NCBI GenBank assembly: GCA_030390025.1
Contig: CM059432.1
Coordinates: forward strand, 23,438,001-23,502,000
DNA from: Squalus acanthias
Lineage: Eukaryota
Direction of reading: 5' to 3'
Length of the DNA: 64,000 bases
The notes under the pieces were generated by a model that ran no database searches, was not told where the DNA came from, and saw nothing but the letters and a program-made list of their open reading frames with translations. Within the stretch, counting starts at the first letter, position 1; each line of letters begins with the position of its first letter. The position numbers and the translations under genes were made by a program. This document shows positions 12,727 through 23,326 of this stretch, piece by piece.

Positions 12727-13126
12727 CTCCCTTCCCTCCTCCACACATTGGCATAAATACACACAGGCCCTTAGGTATCTTATCAGAAGGAACCACATAG
12801 TGATGGAAAATTGAGAAGTGACGGCTTGATCAATACTTTCTAAACTTTGCCAATCTTTGGTAACTCATTTTAATCACCCTTGATAGTAAGTCTATCTTGG
12901 AGAACTCATTTTAATCAGAATTGATTAACATCTAATTTTTGTAAGGACATTTTAGGAACCTAGAAAGTATAGATCAGAGATCAATCTTGAGCAGTAGGAA
13001 ATTGTCATATGCACAGCTGAGCAAAGCATAACAGTAGCCAATAAGCATCAATCAACTCTTGGTTTCCAAGGGTTGGAACTTCCCCTCCATAGTCACAGGC
13101 ATATAGTCAAAGACATAACTGTTTGA

Positions 13127-13600
13127 ACCCTCACCCCTAAACCTCCCCCACTATGCACCCTCACCCCTCAAACTCCTCCACTATGCACCCTCGCCCCTCA
13201 ACCTCCTCCACTATGCAACCTCACCCCTCAACCTCCTCCACTATGCACCCTCACCCCTCAACCTCCTCCACTATGCACCCTCACCCCTCAACCTCCCCCA
13301 CTATGCAACCTCACCCCTCAACCTCCTCCACTATGCACCCTCACCCCTCAACCTCCTCCACTATGCACCCTCACCCCTCAACCTCCTCCACTATGCACCC
13401 TCACCCCTCAACCTCCTCCACTATGCACCCTCACCCCTCAACCTCCTCCACTATGCACCCTCACCCCTCAACCTCCTCCACTATGCACCCTCACCCCTCA
13501 ACCTCCTCCACTATGCACCCTCACCCCTCAACCTCCTCCACTATGCACCCTCACCCCTCAACCTCCTCCACTATGCACCCTCACCCCTCAACCTCCCCCG
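13127..13600. repeat. 30-bp minisatellite (ACCTCCTCCACTATGCACCCTCACCCCTCA)~16
   Basis: Directly visible, near-perfect tandem array. Confidence 0.97.
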
Positions 13601-14027
13601 CTACCAATCATTGTGTGGTGAGAAATAACGTGCATTACGCACTATCAAGGATGCATCTCAGCACTGAGTTCATGCATGTTTATTAAAGGGGAGCTGCAAA
13701 CTACATTTAAGGTGTCTTTCAGGGGGTCCGGCTAATTTGAAAAGAATTGCTTTGCTACCTGAAGAAGGTCACAGATTTGATCCAGGCCCTACTTCAGGTC
13801 TACATTGTGCTCATAATCAATGGATAGGCAACCAAGGGGAACAACAGTGCATATGGGTAACCAACCCTCTAACCTTATTTCATTAGTCAAATTAACATGA
13901 GAATAGAATTGATGTTGCACAAATATTAGTGCACCAGCATTTGTATGAGATTGGTTTATCCATTATTTCAACAGAGACACTAACCTCTCCATGGAAACTG
14001 CAGATTCTCCAAATTCTTGATTCTAAT

Positions 14028-15030
14028 GAGGCCGGCGGCAGGACCACAGCAAATTGGTCCGCCGTTTTATTACTTGCGAGCTGTGGGCACCAATCGCAGC
14101 TCCAGAGGCAGCTTGCCAGTTGCGGAGGGGGTGAAAACTCGGTCAGCTGGGAAACCTGGCCGAGGCCCTCAGGTGAGTCCGGGGGGGGTGGGAGGCAATC
14201 GGGAGGGGGAGCACTCCTGCTCCTCCTGGCTCCCCAATAATAAAAAAGTTAAAACTTACCATTTGAGTGGCAGCCTCCAGTGGTCCCTTTAAGAGCCACT
14301 GGTTTGGCCGCTGAGCATCAGAAGAAACTGATTGCTCATGCCCGGCGCCAGCTGCGGTCATTCGCTATTGATTTTGCAAAGGGGTCACAAAACAGGCATT
14401 AGTCTCCCGATTTGCATATGCAAAGAGCCTAGTGCCGAGTGACTTAAGAAGAAAGGTTGAGCAGGTTGGGCCTATACTCATTGGAATTTAGCAGAATGAG
14501 AGGTGATCTTATTGAAACATATAAGATACTGAGGGGGCTTGACAAGGTAGATGCAGAGAGGATGTTTCCCCTCGTGGGGAAATCTAGAACTCGGGGGGCA
14601 CAGTTTCAGAAAAAAGGGTCGCACTTTTAGAACTGAGATGAGCAGGAATTTCTTCTCTCAGAGGGTCGTAAATCTGTGGAATTCTCTGCCCCAGAGAGCC
14701 GTGGAGGCTGGGTCATTAAATACATTTAATGTGGAGATAGACAGGTTTTTGCAAGATAAGGGAGTGAAGGGTTATGGGGAGCGGGCAGTGAAGTGGATTT
14801 GAGCCCAAGATCAGCCATAATCTTATTGAATGGCAGAGCAGGCTCGAGGGGGCAAGTGGCCTATTCCTGCTCCTATTTCTTATGTTCTTGTGCCAATTTC
14901 CTTAACCAATATAGTGAACAGTGCACTTCCAGCGTGGATTGAGCCCCCGCATGCCACACGTCATATTAGGCTGTTAGGCGTCCATGTTACGCCAGTAAAA
15001 CGGGCGCAGCGCAATCCAATTTTTAGGCCC
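14028..15030. mobile_element. Harbinger-type MITE interrupted by a CR1 fragment
   Basis: GC-rich sequence on both sides of the CR1 insert; terminus CCAATTTTTAGGCCC at ~15030. Confidence 0.55.
14445..14890 (+). mobile_element. CR1 LINE 3' end
   Basis: Encodes RNFFSQRVVNLWNSLPQRAVEAGSL; tail CCTGCTCCTATTTCTTATGTTCTT. Confidence 0.95.
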
Positions 15031-15465
15031 AGAAGTCTGCTTTATAAATTTGTTTTTCTTCACTTACATTTGTGCAATCATGGCATCTATACCCTGTCTC
15101 AGCAGTTAGAAATTGTTGTATTAAGAGCTGAGCATCAATTAGCTTTTAGTTTCTAAGGGTCTATAGGCATAAGTTTGTATTCAGAGGCAGTTTTCCCTCC
15201 CACCTCAATCATTGCGGTCAGAAATAATTTGCGCTTTGTGCTCATTGTGCACTATTAATAAAGTGATTTACATATCAATTGGTTTCATGCACAGTTATTA
15301 ATGGGAGCTGAAAAAAAAAAGAGTAGGTGTTCCTCAGCTGATTGTCGTACAATGTTTGTCACTTTGCTGGTACAGTTTCCATTTGCTAAAGTAGGTGGGT
15401 TCCGGTCTCTATTTTGAAAAGCATTGTTTGCCAGTTGAAAAAGGAGCAATAGCTAATACTAATAT

Positions 15466-16597
15466 GAAGACAAAAGGTCATCGACCTGAAACGTTAACTC
15501 TGTTTCTCTCTCCACAGGTGGTTGTGGTGGTTGAAAGTCAATCATCACAGCCCCAGGACATCGCTGCAGGAGTTCCTCAGGGCAGTGTCCTAGGCCCAAC
15601 CATCTTCAGCTGCTTCATCAATGACCTTCCCTCCAACATAAGGTCAGAAATGGAGATGTTCGCTGATGACTGCACAGTGTTCAGTGCCATGCACAACTCC
15701 TCAGATAATGAAGCAGTCCATGCCCGCATGCAACAAGACCTGGACGACGTTCAGGCTTGGGCTGATAAGTGGCAGGTAACATTCGCGCCACACAAGTGCC
15801 AGGCAATGACTATCTCCAACAAGCGAGAATCTAACCCACCTCCCCTTGACATTCAACGGCATTACCATCGCCAAATCCCCCACTATCAACATCCTGGGGG
15901 TCACCATTGACCAGAAACTTAACTGGACCAGCCACATAACTACTGTGGCAACAAGAGCAGGTTAGAGGTTAGGTATTCTGCGGCGAGTGTCTCACCTCCT
16001 GACTCCCCAAAGCCTTTCCAGCATCTACAAGGCACAAATAAGGAGTGTGATGGAATACTCTCCACTTGCCTGGATGAGGGCAGCTCCAACAACACTCAAT
16101 AGCTCGACACCATCCAGGACAAAGCAGCCCGCTTGATTGGCACCCCATCCACCATCTTAAACATTCACTCCCTCCACCACCGGCATACTGTGGCTGCAGT
16201 GTGTACCATCTACAAGATGCACTGGAGCAACTTGCCAAGGCTTCTTCGGCAGCATCTCCCAAACCCGCAACCTCTTCCACCTAGAAGGACAAGGGCAGCA
16301 GTTGCATGGGAACATCATCACCTCCAAGTTCCCCTCCAAGTCACACACCATCCTGACTTGGAAGTATATCGCCGATCCTTCATCGTCGCTGGATCAAAAT
16401 CCTGGAACTCCCTCCCTAACAGCACTGTGGGAGTACCTTCACCACACGGACTACAGCGGTTCAAGAAGGCGGCTCACCACCATGTTAGGGATAGGCAATA
16501 AATGCTGGCCTTGCCAGCAACGCCCACATCCCATAAACAAATAAAAAAAATGATGCTGCCTGACCTGCTGAGTATTCCCCGCATTTTCTGTTTTTAT
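15466..16597 (+). repeat. Penelope-like terminal repeat split by a LINE insertion
   Basis: AGGTCATCGACCTGAAACGTTAACTCTGTTTCTCTCTCCACAG (to 15517) resumes as ATGCTGCCTGACCTGCTGAG at 16553. Confidence 0.8.
15518..16550 (+). mobile_element. 5'-truncated CR1/L2-group LINE (RT C-terminal half, poly-A end)
   Basis: GVPQGSVLGPTIFSCFINDLP..MFADDC RT motifs; ends AATAAATGCTGGCCTTGCCAGC..AAATAAAAAAAA. Confidence 0.92.
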
Positions 16598-16740
16598 AAC
16601 AGCTAATACTCACAGATTGGTCAAGTGCCAATCATCAATGGAACGGTGCCAAATGGGATAACTATGTAATTGAGTAAGCTAACCCTCTGCATATCTCACT
16701 TGTCAAATTCACAAAGACCTTGAAGTTACACTCTAGAAAT

Positions 16741-16880
16741 ATTATTGTGTTAAAACTTAACGCGTTTGTATGAAATTTCTTTGTCCGCTGTTCAATAGAG
16801 GTATTAACCAGGTTAATACCTCCGCTAAAATAGTAGACAAAGGAATTTCATATGAATGCGTAATAATTTATTAGGCTAAT
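16741..16880. repeat. Long imperfect palindrome (ancient hairpin element)
   Basis: Core GAGGTATTAACC-A-GGTTAATACCTC; arms ATGAAATTTCTTTGTC / GACAAAGGAATTTCAT. Confidence 0.8.
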
Positions 16881-16969
16881 AGTCACAAAGTTTCTTTTCA
16901 AGGCTGTTGTCTCTGCAAGCTTATGTATATTTATTTCTAAAATGTACAATGGGCATCAGGAGTCTGTGA

Positions 16970-17110
16970 GGGTAATTTTAACTTAACCCACCCAGTGGGA
17001 AACTGATGGGATCAGGTCGGCTGCCCAGTTGATACCCCGCCCAATTTTACCTTCGATTGATGTGGCAGCCAATCAGTTTCCCGTCAGGCGGATTAAGTTA
17101 TAGTTAACCC
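16970..17110. mobile_element. Short palindromic MITE (~140 bp)
   Basis: GGGTAATTTTAACTTAACCC..GGGAAACTGAT versus ATCAGTTTCCC..TTAAGTTATAGTTAACCC. Confidence 0.7.
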
Positions 17111-17149
17111 CCGTTGTTTTTTCTTCTAAGTACAAGTCTGTTGCTTCTG

Positions 17150-17480
17150 TGAAGGTTCCAGAAATAGGGAGGGGCAAGACTTTGTAGAGATTTAAACACG
17201 AGAACTTTTATTTTGAGGTGTTGGTGGACTGGGATCCACTGTAGGTCAGCAAGGACAGGGGTGATGGGTGAGCAAGACTTGGTGTGGCATAGGATATGGT
17301 GTGCAGAGTTTTGGATGAGCTGAAGTTTATGGAGGGTAGAGAATGTGAGGCCGGCCAGGAGAGCAGTGGAATAGACAATTCTTGAGGTGACAAAAGCATG
17401 GATGAGTGTTTGAGCAGCAAATGGCTGAGTCATGGGCGGTGGCAGATGATGCTACAGAGCTGGAAGTAAGCGGCCTTTGT
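17150..17480 (-). mobile_element. L2 LINE fragment
   Basis: ORF 17104-17433 AQTLIHAFVTSRIVYS..KLQLIQNSA..PITPVLADLQWIP. Confidence 0.88.
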
Positions 17481-18110
17481 GAGATAGAGCGCATAATCAC
17501 GGAGTACAGCTTGGAACAGAGTGTAAAGCTGCGAGTTTGGTGAGTGAGGGAGTGAATCTTAAAGGTTAATCTCTTATAAATCTAGTCTTGTGTGCTTGCA
17601 ATTAGCATTTAACTTATATTTAAATTTACTGTTTCAAGTTTTAAGTTTCTTCCAGGCTTGGGCAGGGCTCAGCAAGCTCTGTGCTTGAGAGCAGGTGAGA
17701 GTAGTTAATTAATTAACTGGTCTAATCTGGTTCTGTAACTGCCAGAGAGCTCACTTATTTAAATCTCAGCAGTATAAATAAGGAAGGCTAGAGTGCAGTT
17801 TGTCACAGAGTGCAGCTCGGAACAGAGTGTAAAGCTGCGAGTTTGGAGAGTGAGGGATCGGGGAGGGAGGTGTTCCTTTCATTTTCGATCTTTGTCAGCT
17901 TCCAAGAGAGCAGGAGTTAAAAAGCTGCACAAGAGGGGACAAAGAACCAGTGGGAGTTTGGCTCTGTGACACCCCCCAACCGCATTTGCTCACTTCTCTT
18001 ATTTTTTAAAGCCCAGGAAATTAGTAATTGTAAGGTTTCATTAGTACTAGTTTACTAGCAGTAATAAATCTTATTAGGTGTAGAAATAAATTAATTAAGA
18101 CTCAATAAAG

Positions 18111-18484
18111 ATGGCAGGGCAGGTGATGTGTTGCGACTGCAGTATGTGGGAGCTCCTGGACGCCAGTGTGATCCAGGACGAACACGTCTGCGGTAAGTAT
18201 CTGCAGCTTGAGGATCTTCGGCTCAGAGTCGATGAGCTGGAGGCCGAGCTGTGGACACTGCAATGCATCAGGGAGGGGGAAAGTTACCTGGACACTTTAT
18301 TAGAGAGATGAATGCGTGGCTCAAAGACTGGTGTGGGAGAAATGGGTTTCGATTCCTGGGGCACTGGCATCGGTACTGGGGAAAGTGGGATCTGTATCGT
18401 TGGGACGGTCTTCACCTGAACCGTGCTGGGACCAGTGTTCTGGCGAGTCGTATAACATGGGCGGTAGAGAGGGCTTTAAACTAA
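18111..18484 (+). pseudogene. CR1 ORF1 remnant (CxxC zinc finger, coiled coil, C-terminal SGNH esterase block)
   Basis: MAGQVMCCDCSMWE..LRLRVDELEAEL is followed out of frame by NAWLKDWC..DGLHLNRAG. Confidence 0.85.
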
Positions 18485-20223
18485 ATATTGTGGGCATGGG
18501 ATCAAATTTGGGAAGATGTGGTAATTCAAAGATTAGAGACAAGGCAATAGAGAAAGGTATTAATATGGGAAATGATAAACAGACCGTGACAGGAAGGGAT
18601 AGAGAGTACATAAGAGTAAATCAACAGATAAGGCTAGAGGTTACAAAAATAATAAAAGGACAAAACTAAAGGCTCTGCATCTGAATGCACGTAGCATTTG
18701 AAACAAAACAGATGAACTGATAGCGCAAATAGAAATAAATAAATATGATCTGATAGCCATTACAGAAACATGGCTGCAGGATGACATAGATTGGGACCTG
18801 AATATTGAATGGTACATGGCATTTAGGAAGGATAGGAAGGTGTGAAAAGGTGGAGGGGTGGGCTCTGTTAATTAATGATGGTATTAGCACAATAGAGAGG
18901 GATGACCTAAGTTCAGGAAACCAGGATGTAGAAGCGGTTTGGGTAGAGATGAGAAATAATAAAGGCAAGAAGTCACTTGTGGGAGTGGTGTACAGGCCCC
19001 CTAACAGTAACCACATGGTAGGATGGAGTATAAAGGAAGAAATAATGGGAGCTTGTCAGAAGGGTACGGCAATAAACATGGGGGATTTTAATCTGCATTT
19101 TGACTGGAAAAATCAGATGGGCAAAGGTAGCCTAGATGAGGAGTTCATGGAATGTTTTCGGGATAGTTTCTTACAACAGCACGTTCTGGAGCCAACCAGA
19201 GAGCAGGCTATACTAGACCTGGTATTGTGCAACGAGATAGGATTAATTAATGACCTTATAGTGAAGGCGCCCCGAGGTAGCAGCGATCATAATATGATTG
19301 AATTTTACATTCAGCTTGAGAGAGAGAAGAGTGGGTCCAAGACGAGTATTTTAAACTTAAATAAGGGCAATTATGAGGGCATGAAAGCAGAGCCAGCTAA
19401 AGTGAACTGGCAATTTAGGTTAAGGGCTAGGTCAATAGAGTTGCAGTGGCAGGCATTTAAGGGGATATTTCAAAATACACAGAATATATACATTCCAACA
19501 AGAAAGAAAAATTCCAAGGGGGGGACCCACCATCCGTGGTTAACTAAAAAAGTTAAAGATAGTATTAAACTTAAAGAAAAAGCATATAATTGCGCAAAGA
19601 TGGGTGGCAGGTCAGAAGATTGGACAGAATATAAAAAACAGCAAAGATGATTAATAAGGAGAGAAAAATTAGAGTACGAGAGAAAACTAGCTAGAAATAT
19701 AAAAACAGATAGTAAGAGTTTCTATAGATATTTAAAAAAGAAAAGAGTTAACAAAGTGAGCGTTGGTCCTATAAAAAGTGAGTCTGGGGAATTAATAATG
19801 GAAAATAAGGAGATGGCAGTTGAATTGAACAGGTATTTTGCATCGGTCTTCACTATAGAGGATACAAGTAACATCCCAGAAATAGCTGTAAATCAGGAAA
19901 TGGAAGGGAGTGAGTAACTCAAGAAAATTATAATCACCAGGGAAGTGGTACTGAGCAAATTGTTGGAGCTGCGGGCTGACAAGTCACCGGGTCCTGATGG
20001 ACTTCATCCTAGGGTCTTAAAAGAAGTGGCTAGTGAGATAGTTGATGCGTTGGTTTTAATTTTCCAAAATTCCCTAGATTCAGGAAAGGTTCCATTAGAT
20101 TGGAAAATAGCGAATGTAACTCCTTTATTCAAAAAGGGAGGGAGACAGAAAGCAGGAAACTACAGGCCAGTTAGCTTAACATCTGTCATAGGGAAGATGT
20201 TAGAAGCTGTTATTAAAGACATT

Positions 20224-20975
20224 GGCCCAGAAATTAAACATCGATGGTTCCCGCGGGGGTAAGGATTCCCCGCGATATCGCACTCCACGCCTACCTTTTT
20301 GTTTCGGGCCCACACGAACTTCAGTTTCAGGGCCTCTCCCTGTTGCAACCGTGCAGTGCTTGCGTGTCCCAGAGGCGCAATTAGTTCGTGCGAGCTCTGG
20401 GATCACGTGATCAGTTAGAGCCAATGGCAGCACACCATCTTTCATTCATAGTTTTGACAGCAAGGGCTGTCAAAGCTATGAATACTACAAGCCCCCAAAA
20501 GAACAGCTAAACCTCAATTAAATTTAAAAAAAAGCCATCACATTAATAAAATAACTATAGTTAAATAAATTAACCACTTTAAACAAAAAATTAATTTTTT
20601 GAAAAAATTTAAAATCTTTTTAAAAGTTATAAAAATAAACTTACCTTTCTTTAAAGTCTCTAAAAAAGATAAACCTGTTGAAAAAAATTTAAAATAACAC
20701 TTAATTAACTACTTACCTTGTTAAAAGGGGGTCCTACGCCTGCTTTCTTTGTGTGTAAAATCTTCACCACTTACCTGCGTGTTCAAACCTGAAAAAAAAA
20801 CTAAGTGCACAACCTGTAGTGTGCACGCGGTTCACTTAGGAACCGCCCCCTTTGCAATACACGAAGTGCCGGTTTCCCGCGCATGCGCAGTGCATGCAGG
20901 AAACCGGCAATTCGGGACCTAATACGCGAGAGTACACAGTGCGTACTCTCGCGTATTAGGTCTAATTTTCAGGCC
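20224..20975. mobile_element. Harbinger-type MITE copy 1 (752 bp) inserted in CR1 ORF2
   Basis: TIR GGCCCAGAAATTA/TAATTTTCAGGCC; TSD ATT (20221-3, 20976-8). Removing it restores CR1 VIKD-I-IAGHLEK. Confidence 0.93.
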
Positions 20976-21083
20976 ATTATAGCAGGGCACTTAGAAAAGT
21001 TCAAAGTAATCAGGCAGAGTCAACATGGTTTTCTGAAAGGGAAATCATGTTTAACCAATTTATTGGAGTTCTTTGAGGAAGTA

Positions 21084-21138
21084 CACGATGGGCCGAAGGG
21101 CCTCTTTCTGTGCTGTATAACTCTATGACTATGACTCT
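21084..21138 (+). mobile_element. 55-bp 5'-truncated CR1 tail insertion
   Basis: CACGATGGGCCGAAGGGCCTC..CTATGACTATGACTCT flanked by AAGTA on both sides. Confidence 0.85.
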
Positions 21139-22529
21139 AAGTAACATGTGCTGTGATAAAGGGGAACCGGTGGATGTACTGTACTTAGATTTCCAGAAGG
21201 CATTTGATAAGGTGCCACATCAAAGATTATTGCGGAAAATAAAAGCTCATGGTGTAGGGGGGTAACATATTGGCATGGATAGAAGATTGGCTAGCTAACA
21301 GGAAACAGAGAGTAGGCATAAATGGGTCATTTTCTGATTGGCAAGATGTAATGAGTGGTGTGCCACAGGGATCAGTGCTGGGGCCTCAACTTTTTACAAT
21401 TTATATAAATGACTTGGATGAAGGGACCGAAGGTATGGATGCTAAATTTGCTGATGACACAAAGATAGGTAGGAAAGTAAATTGTGAAGAGGACATAAGG
21501 AGGCTACAAAGGGATATAGATAGGTTAAGTGAGTGAGCAAAGATTTGGCAAATGGAGTATAATTTGGGAAAATGTGAAGTTGTCCATTTTGGCAGGACGA
21601 ATAAGAAAGAAGCATATTATCTAAAAGGTGAGAGATTGCAGAGCTCTGAGATGCAGAGGGATCTGGATGAATCGCAAAAGGTTACTATGCAGGTACAGCA
21701 AGTAATTAGGAAAGCTAATAAAATGTTATTGTTTATTGCGAGGGGAATTGAATACAAAAGTAGGGAGGTTATGCTTCAGTTATACAGGGCATTGGTGAGA
21801 CCACATCTGGAGTACTGTGTACAGTATTGGTCTCCTTATTTAAGGAAGGATGTAAATGCGCTGGAAGCAGTTCAGAGAAGGTTTACTAGACTAATACCTG
21901 GAATGGGCTGGTTGTCTTATGAGGAAAGGTTGGACAGTCTAGGCTTGTATCCGCTGGTGTTTAGAAGAGTAAGAGGTGACTTGATTGAAACATATAAGAT
22001 CCTGAGGGGTCTGGACAGGGTGGATGTGGAGAGGATGTTTCCTCTTGTGGGAGAATCTAGAACTAGGGGTCACTGTTTAAAAATAAGGGGTCGCCCATTT
22101 AAGACAGAGATGAGGAGAATTTTTTTCTCACAGAGGGTCGTGAGTCTTTGAAACTCTCTTCCTCAGGGCGGTGGAAGCGGAGTCTTTGAATATTTTTAAG
22201 GCAGAGGTAGATAGATTCTTGGTAAGCAAGGGGGTGAAAAGTTATCGGGGGTAGGCGGGAACGTGGAGTAATCAGATCAGCCATGATCTTATTGAATGGC
22301 GGAGCAGGCTCGAAGGGCTGAGTGGTCTACTCCTGCTCCTAATTCATATGTTCGTATGTTCGTACGTATAATGGGGTCAGAAGCTTAGCTTGCAGCCGAA
22401 TAGGATCCTGAGATTGCAAACAGCCTGAGACATTAGTTAGGGAGGAGAATGGAATTTGTGGCGGGTGCCAAAACCAATGGCTTCAGTCTTTCCAACATTT
22501 AAATGGAGGAAATTGAGACTTATCTTCAC

Positions 22530-23320
22530 TGTACCCTGCCTGTAAAATCCTTCCTAAAATGGAGTCCCCAGGACTGCATGCAATACTGCAACTGTTTCAT
22601 ACAAATTCAATGCAATTTCTTTGCTTTTGTATTCAATACTTCAATATGTAAAGGCCAGAATCTAATTTATCATATTTGTGGCCTTTTATACCTGCACGCC
22701 CACCTTTGAAGGTCTTTGTATGTACATAGATCTCACTTGCTGTCAATGTTCTTTCTCCTAAAATATACTACTACACATTTCTTTGCTACCTAACTGCCTA
22801 CTCTTGCAATCCCATGCATTCTACCTCATAGTTTGCCATGTCCTCCAACTTCAAAATCATTCCTCTTGTGCCTACGTCCAAATAATTTACATAAATGGAA
22901 AACAAAAGAGGTCCCAGCACAGATCCCTGGGATGTACCATTACCCATATCCCACCAATTCAAAAAACATTGATTTACATCTATTCTGCCTTTTTTACCTT
23001 AGTCATCTCTCTATTTAGGAACAAAGGAACATGAGTAGGCCAGTCAGTCCCTCGAGCTTGTTCGCCATTCAATGAGATCATGGCTGATCTGCGACCTAAC
23101 TCCATATACCCGCCTTTGGCACATATCCATTAATACCTTTGGTTAACAAAAAGCTATCAATCTCAGATTTATAATTAACAATTGATCGAGCATCAATTAC
23201 CGTTTGTGGCAGAGAATTCCAACCTTCTACCGAACTTCTCTATTTATCTGGCTGCAATCTCTTTAACATCATGCACCTTCTGTTTCATAACAAGTCTCTT
23301 ATGTGGTACCTTATCAAATC
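22530..23320 (-). mobile_element. Old CR1 fragments, including a 3' end at 23018-23232
   Basis: GGTCCCAGCACAGATCCCTG (minus QGSVLGP); GGAACAAAGGAACATGAGTAGGCC..GATCATGGCTGATCTG tail. Confidence 0.7.
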
Positions 23321-23326
23321 TCTCCT

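Larger units (their letters stand above)
18666..22230 (+). pseudogene. CR1 ORF2 (APE endonuclease + reverse transcriptase), multiple stops/frameshifts
   Basis: ORF segments 18805-19650, 19945-20220, 21270-21536 and 21552-22151. Confidence 0.92.
17500..22368 (+). mobile_element. Near full-length but decayed CR1 LINE (5'UTR, internally deleted ORF1, disrupted ORF2), carrying two insertions
   Basis: ORF1 motifs at 18111-18484. APE motifs NARS, AITETW, GVVYRPP, GDFN, LDLVL, SDH. RT motifs KSPGPDG, YRPVSLTS, PQGSVLGP, FADD. Tail TATGTTCGTATGTTCGTA. Confidence 0.95.

Noticed and set aside
13153..13686. 177-aa His/Pro/Ser-rich protein
   Set aside because: Entirely a minisatellite translation; no splice or other gene support.
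20935..20975. RAG recombination signal (CACAGTG heptamer in the MITE hairpin loop)
   Set aside because: No ACAAAAACC-like nonamer at 12- or 23-bp spacing.
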